Origin: Pinctada imbricata
Taxonomy: Eukaryota
Reading direction: 5' to 3'
NCBI GenBank assembly: GCA_033119305.1
Contig: VSWD01000007.1
Coordinates: forward strand, 57,794,741-57,858,740
Length of the DNA: 64,000 nucleotides
Shown here: positions 60,211-64,000 of the stretch, piece by piece
Layout: each line of letters begins with the position of its first letter
How positions within the stretch are numbered: the stretch's first letter is position 1
Notes under the pieces: generated by a model
Told to the model about the DNA's origin: nothing
Database searches by the model: none
What the model saw: the letters and a program-made list of their open reading frames with translations, nothing else
Translations under genes and position numbers: made by a program

Positions 60211-62185
60211 TGAAGTTGAGTATGATTTTGATCATGATGAAGATTCTTTTGATTATGAAAAGTCTCAGAAAAATGTGTCTGTAAAGTCCAAGTTAAGACA
60301 AAATGTAGAATTTTGGCAAAATGAATTAAAAGCAAACAATTTCATTTTATCTACCATCAAATTTGGTTATGTGATACCTTTTGCTCAATTTCCTCCAGCA
60401 ATTATTTTGAAAAACAATAGATTATCTTTGAATTATCCAGATTTTGTATGTACTGCAATTAATGAACTTCTTTCTGCAGGTTGTATAAACGAAGTTAGAG
60501 TTCCGTACGTTGTCAATCCCCTTACAGTGTCTGTAAATAGTTCTGGTAAAAAACGACTTGTTCTCGATTTGAGACATGTTAATCGCTTTGTTCAAAAGCA
60601 AAAAATTAAGTTTGAAGGAATTAAAGAGGCTTTAACATACGCAAAGAAAGGGTTGTTTATGATCAAATTCGATTTAAAGTCTGGGTATCACCATATAGAT
60701 ATTAATCCAAACAGTCAAAAATACCTTGGCTTTAGCTGGGAATTTGAAGGGAAGTTACGGTATTTTCAGTTTTCAGTCTTACCTTTTGGATTATCGTCGG
60801 CAGGTCATATTTTTACCAAGGTCGTTAGGGTGCTTGTGAAGTATTGGAGGTCAAGGGGAGTACCAATCATTGTTTACTTAGATGACGGATGGGTTTGCTC
60901 AGATTATCAAACTTGCAGAGAATTGTCAGAATTTGTGCAAAAAACCCTTAGTCTTTCTGGTTTTCAAGTAAATTTTGAGAAATCGTGTTTTGAACCGAAA
61001 GATATGATTGTTTGGTTAGGATTTTTATGGAATTTACAGGAAGGTAAAATCGAAGTTCCGCCCGAGAAGTTTCTTAGTGTACAGTCGGTCCTAAGGGATA
61101 TATTACACAATATAGGTCATGTGACCGCTAGAAAGGTAGCTTCTTTTGTTGGAAAGATTATTTCGTTGAAACCTGCTTTGGGTACAGTTTGTCAAATGAT
61201 GACCAGAAATTTAAGTGTTGCTTTGTGTAATAGAAAAGGTTGGGATCTGAACTTAGATTTACCATCTGTATGTAGACAGGAGTTAGAATTTTGGCTTAAA
61301 AGTCTTCATAGTTTGCCGAACGTGACGTTAACGCCAATAAGCGAAATTCCAGAAAAAATTATGTTTTCTGATGCTAGTTCATATGCCGCTGCAGGCTTTA
61401 CTTTGGAGAGAAATACCAAAATTGTACATTATATGTGGAAAGATGATGAAAAGAATAAAAGTTCGACATGGAGGGAACTAAAAACAATATGTTTGGTTTT
61501 GAAAGGCTTAGGTTCAGATTTGTCGGGAAAACTTGTCAAAATATACACGGACAATCAGAATGTCGTACGCATAGCTTGTAAAGGGAGTATGAAAATGGAG
61601 CTGCATCAGCTAGCTTTAGAAGTGTTGGGTTTCTGTGTGGCACACTCTATTAGATTAGAATTAGCATGGATACCGAGAGATTTGAATGCATACGCAGACG
61701 AATTGAGCAAAATATTTGATTTTGACGATTGGGAGGTCAGAGATGAAATATTTACGTTTTTGAATAAGAAATGGGGTGAATTTTCGTGTGATATTTTTGC
61801 AGATTGCAAAAATAAGAAAGTCTCAAAATTTTTCTCAAAGTATTACAGTCCTGGTACCTCAGGTGTGGACGCTTTCGCTCAAAATTGGGATGGAGAAAAT
61901 TGTTGGTTAGTCCCCCCACCCAACCTGATATGTAGAACGGTTTCTCATTTACGCATTTGCAAAGCATTTGGGGTTTTAATTGTCCCTAGGTGGGAATCCG
62001 CATTATTTTGGCCAATTATTTGGGAGATAAAATACAAAAATTTCAGATATTTTGTCAGAGATTGGATAGAATTTGAGAGACCAAAGAATTTTTACAAAGC
62101 TGGCTCTGATAAGAACAGTATTTTTGCTTTAGATGTATTCCCAAGCAATGTACTAGTTTTAAAGTTGGATTTTCGTTATGATTAG
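59702..62185 (+). CDS. Retroelement pol ORF: reverse transcriptase plus RNase H plus a conserved C-terminal domain. The 5' part overlaps gag in another frame, and the functional start is probably reached by frameshift near 60150-60210.
   Basis: 827-aa open frame. RT motifs present: LDLRHVN, FDLKSGYHHI, PFGLSSAGHIFTK, YLDDGW. RNase H motifs present: DAS..E..TDNQ..YADELSK. Confidence 0.8.
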   Translation: MRTLFETVTSKKPYLLLVNRNPRFNKEIRSLKLLIDMVGTRCTSIWTTRWLTTTRMLLSFAMLLGVLHANVHSALDPMIIDVEAAHFPQTTFFVALATRLTPRIPQSQSIIKGGSLIRGLESWQDSNSPETVVATTAGRQATSCVTAHSLRPNPSPYCPVPPQLPQISSSEVEYDFDHDEDSFDYEKSQKNVSVKSKLRQNVEFWQNELKANNFILSTIKFGYVIPFAQFPPAIILKNNRLSLNYPDFVCTAINELLSAGCINEVRVPYVVNPLTVSVNSSGKKRLVLDLRHVNRFVQKQKIKFEGIKEALTYAKKGLFMIKFDLKSGYHHIDINPNSQKYLGFSWEFEGKLRYFQFSVLPFGLSSAGHIFTKVVRVLVKYWRSRGVPIIVYLDDGWVCSDYQTCRELSEFVQKTLSLSGFQVNFEKSCFEPKDMIVWLGFLWNLQEGKIEVPPEKFLSVQSVLRDILHNIGHVTARKVASFVGKIISLKPALGTVCQMMTRNLSVALCNRKGWDLNLDLPSVCRQELEFWLKSLHSLPNVTLTPISEIPEKIMFSDASSYAAAGFTLERNTKIVHYMWKDDEKNKSSTWRELKTICLVLKGLGSDLSGKLVKIYTDNQNVVRIACKGSMKMELHQLALEVLGFCVAHSIRLELAWIPRDLNAYADELSKIFDFDDWEVRDEIFTFLNKKWGEFSCDIFADCKNKKVSKFFSKYYSPGTSGVDAFAQNWDGENCWLVPPPNLICRTVSHLRICKAFGVLIVPRWESALFWPIIWEIKYKNFRYFVRDWIEFERPKNFYKAGSDKNSIFALDVFPSNVLVLKLDFRYD

Positions 62186-62443
62186 TATTAGAGAATGTTA
62201 AATGTTGTTGGTATAGATGAATGGGCTTAAATTCAAAGGCACCATGTGCATTATGTATTCAATAAAGGCACCATGTGCAAAATGAAGAATAAGTTTTAAT
62301 AAAGGCACCATGTGCGTACCGAAGAGATTACATAGAACATTCTAAGAAAAAATCATTGATTTCAAAAGCACCATGTGTTTAGCATATTTTTAAAATGCAT
62401 AAATGTGGCGAGAAGGAATTTGTCGATTTTGTAATGTGAGATA

Positions 62444-62474
<31 letters not shown>

Positions 62475-62548
62475 TTTATTTTCATTAATTCGGTTTTATA
62501 TAACTTTAGGCTTCCAGTCAAGTATGGACGGAAATTCAGCAGTTACGA

Positions 62549-63524
62549 TTGAGAGATGGCAGACTTTCATCCGCAGCATCGGATATCCCTCGCATTATCA
62601 AAAAAGGCAAGAGCGACAACTCCAACAGAGTGTATGACGCCTATTTCAAAAAGTTTCAGCATTGGTGTAGTTCTTTCAGCGTTTCATCTATGCCCGCGTC
62701 TGTGAGTACTGTGGCCGTATATCTTAGTAGCCGTGTGCAGAAATCAGTGTCAGAATCAGTGTTATCTACCAATTTCTATAGTATAAAGTGGCATCATGAT
62801 ATAAGTTTGTGTGCGAACCCATGCGATTCAAAAATTTTACACCTACTTATGGAAGGAGGGAAGAGGATTCTCAGTAAGCCCATTAATAAAAAGGAGCCGA
62901 TCACCCCAGAAATATTGAAAAAGATAGTAGACAAATATGGCCAAGATGCAAATAAGAACAATTTATGTTAGAATTTGTTCTATGTTTTTGTTGGGGTTTT
63001 CAGGTTTTTTACGTTTCAGTGAACTTTCAAAACTCAAAGTGAAAAATATTTCTTTTCATGAATTACATATGTCTGTACATATTGAGGGTAGTAAAACTGA
63101 TGTATATAGGCGTGGAAATAACGTTTTGATTGCTAGAACAAGTAAGGATACTTGTCCTGTATATTGGTTAAAACTTTATTTAGATTTAGCTGGAATTTCT
63201 AAAAGTCCAGAAGATTTTATTTTTCGTTCTATTCGTTACTTTAAGTCTTCTGACAGTTATAAGCTTTGTAGCTGTAATAGGCCCATCTCGTACACGAGAG
63301 CTCGTGAGTTATTGCATGACGCGTTAGCGTCTGTTGGTTTAGACACCAAATGTTTTGGTTTACATAGTCTCCGTAGCGGAGGTGCTACATCCGCCGCTGA
63401 AAATAATGTCAGTGATAGGCTTTTGAAATTACATGGTCGCTGGAAATCAGATTTATCAAGAGACAACTATATCAAGGATTCCACCTCTAATCAGCTTAGT
63501 GTAACTAAAAAGTTGAATATCTAG
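62549..63524 (+). CDS. Tyrosine recombinase (phage-integrase-like) gene of the DIRS-like element, split into two overlapping ORFs by a +1 frame change near 62937-62971
   Basis: ORF 62549..62971 looks like an N-terminal core-binding-like domain. ORF 62937..63524 is the catalytic domain with the R (FLRFSEL), K, HxxR (HSLRSGGAT), H/W (HGRW) and Y (RDNYI) residues. Confidence 0.75.
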
Positions 63525-63662
63525 TTTTAGTATTAAAATTCTAGCCCTCTTTGTTTACTCTATATAATCTAGCGAGCGGGAATTCCATATATTGTGTTTT
63601 TGTTATTTCTTATATGTATCATTTAATTGATTTATATTCGGACGAACAAAGTGAGGGAGAAT

Positions 63663-64000
63663 ATAATTATAATTATATGGGTAATGTTTGGAGAGTGTTC
63701 GATTGTTATTGTAATGAGGCTAGTCACGTGACGGTCAAGTATATACTAAGATAGCACGAGGTAGTGCGGCACTCTAGGCTCGCTCGCTAGTAGATGTAAC
63801 GTGGTCAGTGGGTTATATAGGCAGATTTATACATGTAAATGGCGACCGTCGAAAAATCTATGGATACTGACCACGCTGACGATAGAGTACTCTACGACGG
63901 TGGGCTAACAAACGAGGATGCTGTTTCTTTGTTCAGTACATCTTTAAATAAAGCGTTAGAACGTCAAAAGGAGACTATTGTGAGCGCCATTTCGGAGAAA
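63663..64000 (+). repeat. 3' copy of the DIRS-like element direct repeat (100% identical to 59240..59577); truncated by the window end
   Basis: Identical sequence ataattataattatatgggtaatgtttggagag ... atggcgaccgtcgaaaaatctatgg ... includes the start of the gag ORF. The two copies are 4423 bp apart. Confidence 0.9.

Larger units (their letters stand above)
59240..64000 (+). mobile_element. DIRS-like tyrosine-recombinase retrotransposon (Ngaro/PAT-type order gag - RT/RNaseH - YR) with direct terminal repeats; the 3' end is truncated by the window
   Basis: ORFs encode a gag with a CCHC zinc knuckle, an RT (FSVLPFGLSSAGHIF ... IVYLDDGW, i.e. a YxDD motif) plus RNase H (MFSDASSYAAAGF..TDNQNVV..NAYADELSK), and a tyrosine recombinase (FLRFSEL ... 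HSLRSGGAT ... HGRW ... DNY). Sequence 59240..>=59577 is repeated with 100% identity at 63663..64000. Confidence 0.85.

Overview
AT-rich, intron-containing eukaryotic genomic DNA. The repeat content and gene homologies look invertebrate, possibly a bivalve mollusc. No prokaryotic operons, CRISPR arrays, tRNAs or rRNAs are present. Two conserved protein-coding genes lie in convergent orientation.

(1) A Major Vault Protein (MVP) gene on the + strand. I reconstructed 25 phase-consistent coding exons (24513..39790, about 805 aa) by splice-site reading and alignment to the conserved vertebrate MVP sequence recalled from memory. The 5'-most coding exon(s), which should encode the IRIPPYHYIHVLDQ motif, could not be located. 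The last exon carries an apparent 1-nt frameshift that puts the conserved C-terminal LITDG..PINLF motif out of frame.

(2) A complete Rab21-like small GTPase gene on the - strand (6 coding exons, 56079..44508, 211 aa). Its intron 1 is 6 kb and contains a 4 kb repeat-element copy. Intron 2 contains a 1.9 kb array of a 145-bp satellite.

The rest of the window is dominated by mobile DNA and satellites:
- a DIRS-like retrotransposon (encoding a tyrosine recombinase) with ordering gag - RT/RNaseH - YR and a 100% identical direct repeat of at least 337 bp, at 59240..64000 and truncated by the window end;
- two inverted-orientation copies of a TIR-bounded repeat family that share an 85-bp terminal module; one lies upstream of MVP and one inside Rab21 intron 1;
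- a 5'-truncated CR1/L2-like LINE 3' fragment and an isolated RT fragment;
- several MITE-like elements;
- at least four distinct nucleosome-length satellite families (160, about 140, 145 and 145 bp) and an AGGTCA-rich dispersed family, several headed by (GTCGGTC)n-containing modules;
- a (GGGC)n minisatellite with G-quadruplex (G4) potential, long poly-G/poly-C tracts and several long perfect palindromes.

All coordinates were derived by hand from the printed sequence. Exon boundaries should be accurate to within a few nt; repeat and element boundaries are approximate.
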